Shown here: positions 24,984 to 36,825 of the stretch, one piece after another
Position numbering within the stretch: position 1 is the first letter of the stretch
Layout: each line of letters starts with the position of its first letter
From: Lama guanicoe
Taxonomy: Eukaryota
Direction: 5' to 3'
Length of the DNA stretch: 64,000 bases
NCBI GenBank assembly: GCA_013239625.1
Contig: MU054001.1
Coordinates: 7,336,174-7,400,173 of the forward strand
Made by a program: the position numbers and the translations under genes
Notes under the pieces: generated by a model
Seen by the model: only the letters and a program-made list of their open reading frames with translations
Database searches by the model: none
What the model was told of the DNA's origin: nothing

Positions 24984-27900
24984 TTAGATTCCAAATATGA
25001 GCGATCTCATATGGTATTTTTCTTTCTCTTTCTGGCTTACTTCACTTAGAATGACATTCTCTAGGAGCATCCATGTTGCTGCAAATGGCATTATGTTGTC
25101 GGTTTTTATGGCTGAGTAGTATTCCATTGTATAAATATACCACATCTTCTTTACCCAGTCACCTGTTGATGGACATTTAGGCTGTTTCCATGTTTTGGCT
25201 ATTGTAAATAGGGCTGCTATGAACATTGGGGTCCAGGTGTCATCCTGAAGTAGATTTTCTTCTGGATACAAGCCCAGGAGTGGGATTCCTGGGTCATAAG
25301 GTAAGTCTATTCCTAGTCTTTTGAGGAATCTCCACACTGTTTTCCATAGTGGCTGCACCAAACTGCATTCCCACCAGCAGTGTAGGAGGGTTCCCCTTTC
25401 TCCACAGCCTCTCCAGCATTTGTCATTTTTGGATTTTTGAATGACGGCCATTCTGACTGGTGTGAGGTGATACCTCATTGTAGTTTTGATTTGCATTTCT
25501 CTGATAATTAGTGATATTGAACATTTTTTCATGTGCTTTTTGATCATTTGTATGTCTTCCTTGGAGAATTGCTTGTTTAGGTCTTCTGCCCATTTTTGGA
25601 TTGGGTTGTTTATTTTATTTTTTTTGAGTCATATGAGCTGCTTATATATATTGGAGATCAAGCCTTTGTCGGTTTCACTTGCAAAAATTTTCTCCCATTC
25701 CATAGGTTTCTTCTTCTTTTACTACTGGTTTCCTTTCCTTCTGCAGAAGCTTGTAAGTTTCATTAGGTCCCATTTGTTTATTCTTGCTTTTATTTCTTCT
25801 AGGAGAAAATTTTTGAAATGTATGTCAGATAATGTTTTGCCTATGTTTTCCTCTAGGAGGTTTATTGTATCTTGTCTTATGTTTAAGTCTTTAATCCATT
25901 TTGAGTTGATTTTTGTATATGGTGTAAGGGTGTGTTCTAGCTTCATTGTTTTACATGCTGCTGTCCAGTTTTCCCAACACCATTTGCTGAAGAGACTGTC
26001 TTTATTCCATTGTATATTCTTGCCTCCTTTGTCGAAGATGAGTTGACCAAAAGTTTGTGGGTTCATTTCTGGGCTCTCTATTCTGTTCCATTGGTCTATA
26101 TGTCTGTTTTGGTACCAATACCATGCTGTCTTGATGACTGTAGCTCTATAGTATTGTCTGAAGTCTGGGAGAGTTATTCCTCCAGCCTCTTTCTTTCTCT
26201 TCAGTAATGCTTTAGCAATTCTAGGTCTTTGATGGTTCCATATAAATTTTATTATGATTTGTTCTAGTTCTGTGAAATATGTCCTGGGTAATTGGATAGG
26301 GATTGCATTAAATCTGTAGATTGCCTTGGGCAGTGTGACCATTTTAACAATATTGATTCTTCCAATCCAAGAGCATGGAATATCTTTCCATTTTTTAAAG
26401 TCTTCTTTAATTTCCTTCATCAATGGTTTATAGTTTTCTGTGTATAATTCTTTCACCTCCTTGGTTAGATTTATTCCCAGATATTTTATTACTTTGGGTG
26501 CTATTTTAAAGGGGATTGTTTCTTTACTTTCTTTTTCTGTTGATTTATCGTTAGTGTAAAGAAAGGCAACTGATTTTTGAACATTAATTTTGTAACCTGC
26601 TACCTTGCTGAATTCTTCGATCAGCTCTAGTAGCTTTTTTGTGGACCTTTTAGGGTTTTCTATATATAGTAACATGTCGTCAGCATATAATGACACTTTT
26701 ACCTCTTCTTTTCCAATTTGGATCCCTTTTATTTCTTTCTCTTGCCTGATTGCTGTGGCTAGGACTTCCAGGACTATATTGAATAGGAGTGGTGATAGTG
26801 GGCATCCTTGTCTTGTCCCAGATTTTAGTGGGAAGCTTTTGAGTTTTTCACCGTTGAGAACTATGCTGGCTATAGGTTTGTCATATATAGCTTTTATTAT
26901 GTTGAGATATGTTCCCTCTATACCCACTTTGGCGAGAGTTTTTATCATAAATGGGTGTTGAATTTTATCAAATGCTTTTTCTGCATCGATTGAGATGATC
27001 ATGTGGTTTTTGTCCTTTCTCTTGTTGATGTGATGTATTACATTGATTGATTTGCGTATGTTGAACCAGCCTTGTGTCCCTGGGATGAACCCCACTTGGT
27101 CATGATGTATAATCTTTTTTATGTGTTGTTGGATTCTATTTGCTAAAATTTTGGTGAGGATTTTGGCGTCTATGTTCATCAGTGATATTGGCCTATAATT
27201 CTCTTTTTTTGTAGTGTCTTTGCCTGGTTTTGGTATCAGGGTGATGGTGGCTTCATAGAATGAGTTTGGGAGTATTCCCTCCTTTTCAATCGTCTGGAAG
27301 AGTTTGAGAAGGACTGGTATGAGTTCTTCTTTGTATGTTTGGTAGAATTCCCCGGTGAAGCCGTCCGGTCCTGGACTTTTATTTGTAGGGAGGTTTTTAA
27401 TTGCTATTTCTATTTCCTTTCTAGTGATCGGATTGTTCAAGTGTTCAGTTTCTTCTTGATTCAGTTTTGGTGGACAGTATGTTTCCAGAAACTTGTCCAT
27501 CTCCTCTAGGTTATCCAGTTTGGTTCCATATAGTTTTTCATAATATTCTCGTATGATATTCTGTATTTCTATTTTGTTTGTTGTAATTTCTCCATTTTCC
27601 TGTGTTATTTTGCTAATTTGTGCTCTCTCTTTTTTCTTCTTTGTGAGTTTTGCCAGAGGTTTGTCGATTTTATTTACTTTTTCAAAAAACCAGCTTTTGG
27701 TTTGGTTGATTTTTTCTATGGTCTTGTTAATCTCTATTGTATTTAATTCCTCTCTGATCTTTATTATTTCCTTCCTTCTGCTGCTTTTTGGGGCTTTTTG
27801 TTCTTCTTTTTCTATTTGATTCACGTGATGGGTTAACTTGTTTATTTGAGATTGTTCTTCTTTTTTGAGGAAGGCCTGTATCGCTATAAACTGCCCTCTT

Positions 27901-28449
27901 AGCACTGCCTTTGCTTTGTCCCATAGTTTTTGAGTGGTCGTGCTTTCATTATCAATTGTGTCAAGGTATTTTTTAATTTCAGCTTTGATTTCCTCACTGA
28001 TCCATTGTTTTTTCAATAACATATTGTTTAATGTCCATGCTTTTCTTTTTTTCTCCTTTGTTTCTCTGTTGTTGATTTCCATTTTCATGGCATTGTGGTC
28101 AGTAAAGATGCTTGAGATAATTTCTATCTTCTTAAATTTGTTGAGGTTTCTTTTGTGTCCAAGTACATAATCGATCCTGGCAAATGTTCCATGTGCACTT
28201 GAAAAGAATGTATATTCTATTTTTTGGGGGTGTAATGCTCTGAAAATATCCACCAAATGTCGCTTTTCTATTGTAGTATTTAATTTGTCTGTTGCTTTGT
28301 TTATTTTCTGTCTGGAAGATCTGTCTAGTGATGTTAATGCAGTGTTAAAATCTCCAACTATGATTGTATTCCCATCAATATCGCCCTTTATCTCTGTTAG
28401 TAATTCTTGTATGTACTTAGGTGCTCCTATATTGGGTGCATATATATTA
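24984..28449 (-). pseudogene. L1-C ORF2p, nearly intact
   Basis: The frame is open from the gap edge (NIYAPN..., GDFN) through the 844-aa ORF (PGPDGF, QGCPLSP, YADD) to ~25722. A +1/-1 indel pair and a CGA>TGA stop follow at ~25630-25740, then the 187-aa Cys-rich C-terminus. Confidence 0.92.
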
Positions 28450-28889
28450 NNNNNNNNNNNNNNNNNNNNNNNNNNNNNNNNNNNNNNNNNNNNNNNNNNN
28501 NNNNNNNNNNNNNNNNNNNNNNNNNNNNNNNNNNNNNNNNNNNNNNNNNNNNNNNNNNNNNNNNNNNNNNNNNNNNNNNNNNNNNNNNNNNNNNNNNNNN
28601 NNNNNNNNNNNNNNNNNNNNNNNNNNNNNNNNNNNNNNNNNNNNNNNNNNNNNNNNNNNNNNNNNNNNNNNNNNNNNNNNNNNNNNNNNNNNNNNNNNNN
28701 NNNNNNNNNNNNNNNNNNNNNNNNNNNNNNNNNNNNNNNNNNNNNNNNNNNNNNNNNNNNNNNNNNNNNNNNNNNNNNNNNNNNNNNNNNNNNNNNNNNN
28801 NNNNNNNNNNNNNNNNNNNNNNNNNNNNNNNNNNNNNNNNNNNNNNNNNNNNNNNNNNNNNNNNNNNNNNNNNNNNNNNNNNNNNNNNN
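28450..28889. other. Assembly gap (others at 12638-12789, 12918-12979, 47196-47215)
   Basis: Runs of N, all inside L1 elements. Confidence 1.
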
Positions 28890-29175
28890 GTTGTGACTCT
28901 AAATTTTTGACTTGTGGTTACCCTTTTTGGTAAATCTATTAACCTATACCTGTTTTTATTAAACTGATAATAACATGATCTCAAATCCATCCTATTGTTA
29001 ACAAAATTTAAATAAGAAAGAAAAAATATTGTATATTTCCCTGCCTCCCTCTCCCACTCTCAGTGATTTGTATGTCTTCTTTTATAATTTCATGTTTTCT
29101 TTATTTGTAATTCATGAGTTATCACCTTTCCAGTTGTGAGTTTCTCATTCCTGTGGCATCCTGCTGCTTTTCTAT

Positions 29176-30320
29176 TTAGAATAGCCCTTTCAATATTTCT
29201 TTTAGCATGGGTTTAGTGTTGCCAAACTCCTACAGCTTTTTTTTTTGTCTGTGAAACTCTTTATTTCTCCTTCTATCCTAAAGAATAGCCTTGCTGGATA
29301 AACTATACTAGGCTGCATCTTTTTTTCATTCAGGGCTTTGAATATATCTTGCCACTCCCTTCTGGCCTGTAGTGTTTGTGTAGAGAAATCAGCTGAGAGC
29401 CTTATGGCGGTTCCCTTGTAATTCACTCTTTGCTTTTCTCTTGCTGCCTTTAGGATCATTTCTTTATCCTTGACTCTGGCCATCTTGATTATGATATGTC
29501 TTGGTGTGGGTCTATTTGGATTCTTCCTGTTTGGGACCCTCTGAGCTTCCTGTACTTGGATATCTGATTCCTTCTTTAAGTTTGACATGATTTCTAACCT
29601 TTTCAATCCCCTTTGATCCTTCTTCCACTTCTGTGACCCCTATTATGCGAAGATTGGGACGCTTTATATTATCCCATATGTCCCTTATGCTATTATCATT
29701 ATTTTTTATTTGCTTATATTGTAGACCATCTGAATGGGTTCTTTCTAATGCCCTGTCTTCTAGATCACTAGTTCGTTCCTCTGCATTAACTAGTCGGCTT
29801 TGCACAGCTATTAGATCATTCCTCATCTCTGTCAATGAGTTTACCCATTCTGCTTGGCTCTTCTTTATAGCTTCAGTTTCACCACTTCTGTGACCCCTAT
29901 TATGCGAAGATTGGGACGCTTTATATTATCCCATATGTCCCTTATGCTATTATCATTATTTTTTATTTGCTTATATTGTAGACCATCTGAATGGGTTCTT
30001 TCTATTGCCCTGTCTTCTAGATCACTAATTCGTTCCTCTGCATTAACTAGTCGGCTTTGCACAGCTATTAGATCATTCCTCATCTCTGTCAATGAGTTTA
30101 CCCATTCTGCTTGGCTCTTCTTTATAGCTTCAATTTCATTTTTGACATATTTTATCTCTCTAAGCACTATCTCTTTCAATTCCTTCAGCAATTTGTTCAC
30201 TCCTTTTTTGAAATCTTGATCTAGTAGGCTATCAATGTCTATTTCATTGATCTTTCTTTCAGAGGATTCATCTTGTTCTTTTAATTGGAAAAGGTTTCTC
30301 TGCTTCTTCATCTTACTCAT
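29176..30320 (-). pseudogene. L1-C ORF1p, disrupted by a 257-bp tandem duplication and small deletions
   Basis: ORFs 29865-30320, 29512-29835 and 29202-29606 are ORF1p pieces. The natural stop is tta at 29176-29178. Confidence 0.9.
29625..30138. repeat. Direct tandem duplication, 2 x 257 bp
   Basis: 29625-29881 and 29882-30138 both run ccacttctgtgacccc...cttca(g/a)tttca. I see three substitutions between them. Confidence 0.92.
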
Positions 30321-30789
30321 ACCTCTCTGGCACTGTGGTTTATGTAGTATCAGTTGTCTATTTTGGATATTAAGGATTTTATCTATCTAATGACTTTTTA
30401 TGAATAGAACTTAGGAAAAAAAAAGAAAGAAAGAATAAGAGAGAGAGAGAAAGATTTTTAAAAGAAGGGAGAAACAGGCTTTGAAAACAGTGTATAATGA
30501 ATAATAGAAGAGCGAGTTGAAGCAGAGTATTTATCGGGTTGAGATTTCCTTTTAAAACCTTTAAAAAAAAGGAAAAGAAAAAAATGGGTGGGGAGATGAA
30601 TAGATGTATTTGAAGTGTGTGTCTAATCAATAACAGGACATCAAAACCCAAGAGAAATAGAAATGAATTAAGAAATAAAAATTAAGAGTAATTGAAAATA
30701 GAACAGGTAAAAACAGATTTAAGAACAAAACAAAAAACAAACAAACAAAAAAAACAAAAACAAAAAACAAAACAAGACAAAAAAAGGGG

Positions 30790-32056
30790 TTGTCGGTGTT
30801 CTCCTGGAGTCTGTGTGCTTTTAATGTGAAGTCCTTCTGTCTTCGTCCTGTTTTGGAAGCTTAGCTTGTTTTCATAGGCCCTCCGTTGGTGCCCTCTTCT
30901 GTGCTGCTCCCAGCACCTGTCGGCAAGCAGATTGCACCTCCTCCTAACACGGGGTCAGATGCAGCTCTCCTCTGCTGTGGGCGGGCAGGTCACTGCCCCT
31001 CCGGATGCAGCAGTCAGATGTTGCAGACTGGCCAGGCAGGAGGGCGGGTCGTGCCCCCTCCCAGCACCTCGGTCAGGGGCAGTGTTTCTGCCCGACTGGA
31101 GGGGGGCCGCTCTCCCTCTGCCTGCGTGGCCGGTAGCTCTGCTGCTCTGTGCGGCTGCGTGCTCCGCCCTGATCGCGCTCCGCCCTGGCCGCGCTGCGCC
31201 CTGGTCGCGCTCCTGGGGCAGCCTCGTCCCTGCTCTGAGCCAAGACCCAGCTCCTTGTTTGTCTTTGTGGAGCAAGTTCTCTGAGGGTCCAGGATGGAAG
31301 GATCCCACCTGCCCCGTGCTGTAGGCCCGTCTCAGTCTGGCCTTTGAGGCTGCTGAGCCCTTTGGATGCAGGTTTCCGCCCCCGCCTGGGTGCTAAGCGC
31401 CGGAGGATATGGCGGCTGTGCCTTAGCTCCGCCTCTCTTCCCCCGAAAAGTTTCCGCGGGTTTTCAGAGATGGGGGTATGCACCCTTCCCCCGAGAGCAC
31501 ATCAACCTTGCTGTTTTATGGAGGGCCCATGTTGTTCTGTCCTGTTCACCCACAGCCACGGGGCCCAGCCCCTTGCAGTCCCCCAGAGCTGCTCTGTGCA
31601 GCTGCCCCCATCCTCCGCCTGGCTTGTGCAGCCTGGCCCTGCACGCTGCTGCCAGCCCGCATCTCAGGCTGGGTGTCAGGGGGACGCTCTGTGCCCGTTT
31701 ACCTTAGTTCTGTCAGACAAGGGCTGCTCTGTACAGATCCGAGCCTCGGAGGCTCCCCCTCCATCCCGCTGGCCTCTCGGTTGGAGAGCAGAGACCCAGT
31801 GAGCGAGCGCCAGTCCTCCTTTGCCACTCCCTCCCCGCGGGACCCGTCTCGTGCTGCTTTGCCTTTTGTTCTTTCTTTTTTCGTTTTCTCCTACCAGATT
31901 TTTGGCGTTTTTATGTTTTGAAGAGGGCGATGTTCTGTCCGAGTTCTGCAGGTGCTTTGGTTGGCTGAGTGAGTCTGTAGATGTGGATCTTGGTGTATTT
32001 GTGGGAGAGGGTGACTTACAAGCGTCCTTCTACTCCGCCATCTTGCCTCTTCTCCC
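30790..32056 (-). promoter_or_regulatory. L1-C 5'UTR CpG-island promoter with intact YY1 motif (cgccatcttg 32036-32045)
   Basis: Dense CpGs at 31040-31860. CAAGATGGCG on the minus strand. Confidence 0.7.
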
Positions 32057-33125
32057 TCAAATGCCTTTTCTGAATCGATTGAGATTACCATATGATCTTT
32101 TCCTTTTGTTTGGCTAATGGGATGTCTCATTTGCAGATGTTGACCCAATGTTACACTCCTGAATAAATCTCAGTTGGTCATGGTATATGATCCTTTTAAT
32201 GTATTGTTGAATTTGTTTGGTAATATATAACTGATTTTGCATGTATGTTCATGATGTATATTGGCCTGTAATTTTATTTCTTTTCTGTGTCTTTGTCTGG
32301 TTTTTGGTGTTAGAGTAATGCTGGTCTTTTGAAATGAATTTGAAGTATTCCTTCTATTTCTTGTATGAAGCTGATTATGATTAGTATTAATTATTCTTTG
32401 ACTGTTTGGCCACTAGTGAGGCTGTCTGGTACTGGATGTTTTTGATCACTGATTTAATCTACTTATTGATAATTAGTTTGTTGAGAGTCTCTAATTGTTC
32501 TCATGATTCAGATTTTGTAGGTTGTATGTTTCTGTGAAATTTTCCATTTCTTCTAAGCTGTCAAATATGTTGGCATATAATTCTTCATAGTATTTTCTTA
32601 CGGTCCTTTATATTTCAGTTGTATCAGTCATAGCATCTCTTTCATTTCAATTTTTAAAATCTTTTTAAAGACAGCTCTTAGTTCATTGTTCTTTTCCTCT
32701 TACTTAATTTTATTTATTTCTTCTCTGCTATTTATTATTTTCTTCTTTCTTCCAACTTTGGGTTTTATTTATTTATTTATTTTTAAATAGTTACTTGTGC
32801 AAAGTAGTTATATAAAAACTTAAGTAAGTATTATAAATTTTTGAGATTTTTCTTATTTGTTGATTTAGGCATTTATTACTTTTAACTTAAATGCTTTTGC
32901 TGCATTCAATAAGTTTTGGTATGTTGTATTTATGTCTTTGTCTCATGATAATTTTTAATTTCACTTGTGATTTCTTTGTTGACCCTTTGGTTGTTGAGTA
33001 GAATGTTGTTTAATATCCACATATTGTGAATTTTTCAGCTTTCCTCTTATAAGGAATTCAAAGTTTTGTACCATTTTGCCTATTATGATTTCAGTTTTCT
33101 TAAATTTAACTAAGACTTGTTTTTC
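32057..33125 (-). mobile_element. Old, highly diverged L1 ORF2 fragment
   Basis: 'tcaaatgccttttctgaatcgattgagattacc' reads HMVISIDSEKAF on the minus strand. Degenerate ORF2 continues to ~33120. Confidence 0.75.
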
Positions 33126-35556
33126 CCCCAGTGGCATATTTCCCAGCATTTATTGCCTGAGAACAAAGACATTCTGCTACATAAACATACACCATTATCA
33201 CACACTCAAAGTGTAACATTGTTAAAATAATATTAACTCCTATTTGAGGCATTCAAATTTCAAATATCCCCAAACGTCTCAGAATTTTTTTTCATTTTTC
33301 AGTTTTATTAGGTAGAATTGTTACAATTTGAACTGTACATATACAATACATTGCATGTAAATACACATTATACTGCACATATTTTAAAAATTTATATATA
33401 TGTACTGTTAATTGTTTCTAATAACATTTAGAACTTTAGATTTTTAAGCTTACACAGTTATCAAAGGAATAAAGCCAACCAAAAAATAAGAAATGATTTA
33501 AAAATATACATGCACTGCAATATTAACAGCAATATTATTTATAATTGCAAAGATACGAAAACATCCTAAGTGCATATCAAGAGATGAATGGAAAAAGAAC
33601 ATGCAAGAGGAGGCCAAGATCTCAGAGTAGTAGGACGCTCATAGTTCACCCTCTTCCACAGATACACCAAGACTCACATCCACGGACCTACTCAGCTAAC
33701 CAGATCACCTGTACAACTCTGACAGAACATTGTCCTCTTCAAAAGACAAAGATGCCAAAAATATGGTAGAAGAAAGGAAAATAAGAAAGAAGAAAAGGCA
33801 AAACGGTATCAGACCGGTCCTGTGGGGAGGGAGCAGCAAAGGAGTACTGGTGCTCCTTTGCTGGGTCTCCCCCTCTCCAACAGAGAGACCAGCGGGATGG
33901 AGGGGGAGCCTCCGAGGCTCGGATCTCTACAGAGCAGCCCTTGACCTACAGAACTAACATAAATGGGCACAGAGGATCCCTGCAACACCCAGACTGAGAC
34001 CCGAGCCAGCAGCTGTGGGCTGGGACAGGCAGCCTGAGCTGGGCAGAGGACAGTGATGGCTGCACTGAGGCAGCCCCTGGGGACTGCAGGGTGCTGTGCA
34101 ACATGTATGAGTGGGTGCATAGGGCATAACAAACTAAGCCCTTCATAAAACAGCACAGCTGATGAGGGGACGGGTGCATAACCCCATCTCTGAAAACCCA
34201 TGGAAGGTTTTTGGTCAGGAGAGGTGAAGCTCAGGCACAGCCACCATATACTCCAGTGCTTGGCACCCAGGCAGGGGCAGAGGAGAAACCTGAATCAGTG
34301 CCTGGGATCTCAGCAGCCTCAAAGGCCAGATAGTGACTTGTTTGCAGCCCAAGTCAGACAGGATCCTTCAGCCCTGGTGCCTCACAAAGTTCACACCCCC
34401 AGGACAAACAAGGAGCTGAGTTTTGGCATGGAGCTGGGGCAGGGCTGTTCTTCAGTCTTCCCCAGGGCCACCTGTGGAGCGCGTTGCGGCATGGAGTGCG
34501 CGGTAGCATGGACCTGCGGAACAACTGGCACCAGGAGACGGTGGGTGGAACCCTGCCTTTCCGGCAGGAACACTGCTGGGAGGGAGAGTGATCTGCTTGT
34601 CGACAGGCACTGGGAGCAGCATAGATGAGGGCACCAGTGGAGGGCCTCTGGAAACAGCAAGCTGAGTCTAAGAAACAGGGCAAAGACAGAAAGACTTCTC
34701 ATTAAGAGGACACAGTTTTCAGGAGAACACTCCCTCTCCCCCTTTTTTAAAATCTGTTTACACCTGTTGTATTTTCTATTACCTTTTTAATCTTTACTTT
34801 TTGAACAATTATATATCCTACCTTTTAATACCTTTAAAATTTTTCTTTTTAAAATAACATTATTTTTAAAAATCCACATCATGCCATTTTTATTTCTCTT
34901 GGATTTGATCTCCTGTTATTGATTATACATAGGTTTCAAATATATTTTTTCTCCTCTTTTCTCCTTTTTTAAAGGTTTTTAAGCATCGTCTCAACCCGAT
35001 TGCTATTCTGCTTCAACTTGCTCTTCAATTATTCATTATACACTGTTTTCAAACCTTTTCTCCACTTTTCAAAATTCTCTCTTTATCATATCTTTTTTAA
35101 TCTGTTCTATTTTATTACCTTTTAAATTTATTCTTTCTAAATAATTGTATATGCTTCTACTTTTAATTCCTTTTTAAAATTTTCTTTTAAAGTAGTTATA
35201 TTAATATATTTTTAGAAAAATCCACCTGATTTCATTTTCATTTCTTTTGGTTTTGACCTCTTGTTATTGATTATAATATGTATCAAATATCATTTTTTTA
35301 TCTTTTTTCCTTCTTTTAAAAAGGGTTTTTAAAAGAGACGTCTCAACTCGAATACTAGTGTGATTCTAATTGCTCTCCTATAATTGATTATATACTGTTT
35401 TCAAACCTTTTTTCTTCATTCTTTTAAAATTCTCTTTCTCTCTCTCTCCTTTTTTAAGTTTTATTCCTACATAGGCATTAGATAGATAAATAAATAAAAA
35501 TCTTTAAGGACCACAATAGATAACTGATACTTCATAAGCCACAGTGCCATAGAAAT

Positions 35557-36452
35557 ATGAGCAAGATGAAGAAGCAGAGAAACCATTCCCAACTAAAAGA
35601 ACAAGAGAAATCCCCTGAAAGAACAATCAGTGAAATAGACATCAATAACCTACTAGATCAAAATTTCAAAAAAGGAATGACCAAAGTACGAAAGGAACTA
35701 AAAAAGATAGTGTTTAGAGACATAAATTATCTCAAAAAATGAAATTGAAGCTATAAAGTAGAGCCAAGTAGAATTGGTAAGCTCATTGGCTGAGATGCAA
35801 ACTGATCTAAAGACTGTGCAAAGCAGACTAGATAATGCAGAGGAACGAATTAGTGAGCTAGAAGACAGGACAACAGAAAGCACCCAATCAAAACAACTGC
35901 AAGATAAACAAATAAAAACAAATGAAAACAACATAAGAGACCTACGGGATAATATAAAGCTTGCCAATATTCGCATAATAGGGGTTCCAGAAGGGGAAGA
36001 AAAAACAAAGGGGATTGAAAAGACATTTGAAGAAATCATAACTGAAAACTTCCCAAACTTAAAGAAGGAATTAGATATCCAAGTACAGGAAGTTCAAAGG
36101 ATCCCAAACAGGAAGAACCCAAACAGACCCACACCAAGACATATCATAATCTAGATGTCCAGAGTCAAGGATAAAGAAATGAACCTAAAGGCAGCAAGAG
36201 AAAAGCAAAGAGTGAGTTACAAGGGAACCCCTATAAGGCTCTCAGCTGATTTTTCTACACAAAAACTATAGGCCAGAAGGGAATGGCAAGATATATTCAA
36301 AGTCCTGAATGAAAAAAGGTGCAGCCTCGGATAGAGCAAGGCTATCCTTTAGGATAGAAGGGGAGAGAAAGAATTTCGCAGAGAAGCAAAAACTGAAAGA
36401 GTTTAGCAACACTAAACTCATGCTAAAAGAAATATTAAAAGGTCTACTCTAA
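35557..36452 (+). pseudogene. L1-D ORF1p, disrupted
   Basis: MSKMKKQRNHSQLKEQEKSPE... and ...SRLDNAEERISELED...RPTPRHIII, with a frameshift and stops. Confidence 0.9.
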
Positions 36453-36825
36453 ACAGAAAAGCAGCAGAATGCTACAGAAATGAGAATCTCATAACTGGAA
36501 AGGTGATAACTCATGAATTACAAATTAAATAAACACAAAGTTGTAAAAGAAGACATATAAATCAAGATTGGGAGAGGGAAGCAAGAAAATATAGAATATT
36601 TTTTTCTTTCTTTTTAAGATTTTTTGTTTTCAGTAGGATGGGTTCGAGATATAGTAATGGGCTAATAGACTTACAGAAAAGGGTAACCACAATCCAAAAA
36701 CTTACAAGGGAGTCACAAAAACTAAATAAAATCCATGATAATACAAAGGAAGATTACCAAACCACAAAAGGAAGAACAAAGGAGCAAAGAGGAAATACCA
36801 AATTGATGGCAAAGATAAGTTCAAA

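Larger units (their letters stand above)
24712..32056 (-). mobile_element. Full-length young LINE-1 'C'
   Basis: Poly-T at 24712, ORF2, N gap, ORF1 and CpG-rich 5'UTR ending cgccatcttgcctcttctccc. Very similar to L1-A. No TSD found. Confidence 0.93.

Noticed and set aside
28285..28990. ORFs of 167-203 aa containing X runs (also 12572-13360)
   Set aside because: Artefacts of translating through N gaps.
32057..33605. Inversion of the spacer by recombination between L1-C and L1-D, to explain the missing TSDs
   Set aside because: Swapped-flank comparison fails: neither reverse-complemented inner flank matches the opposite outer flank.
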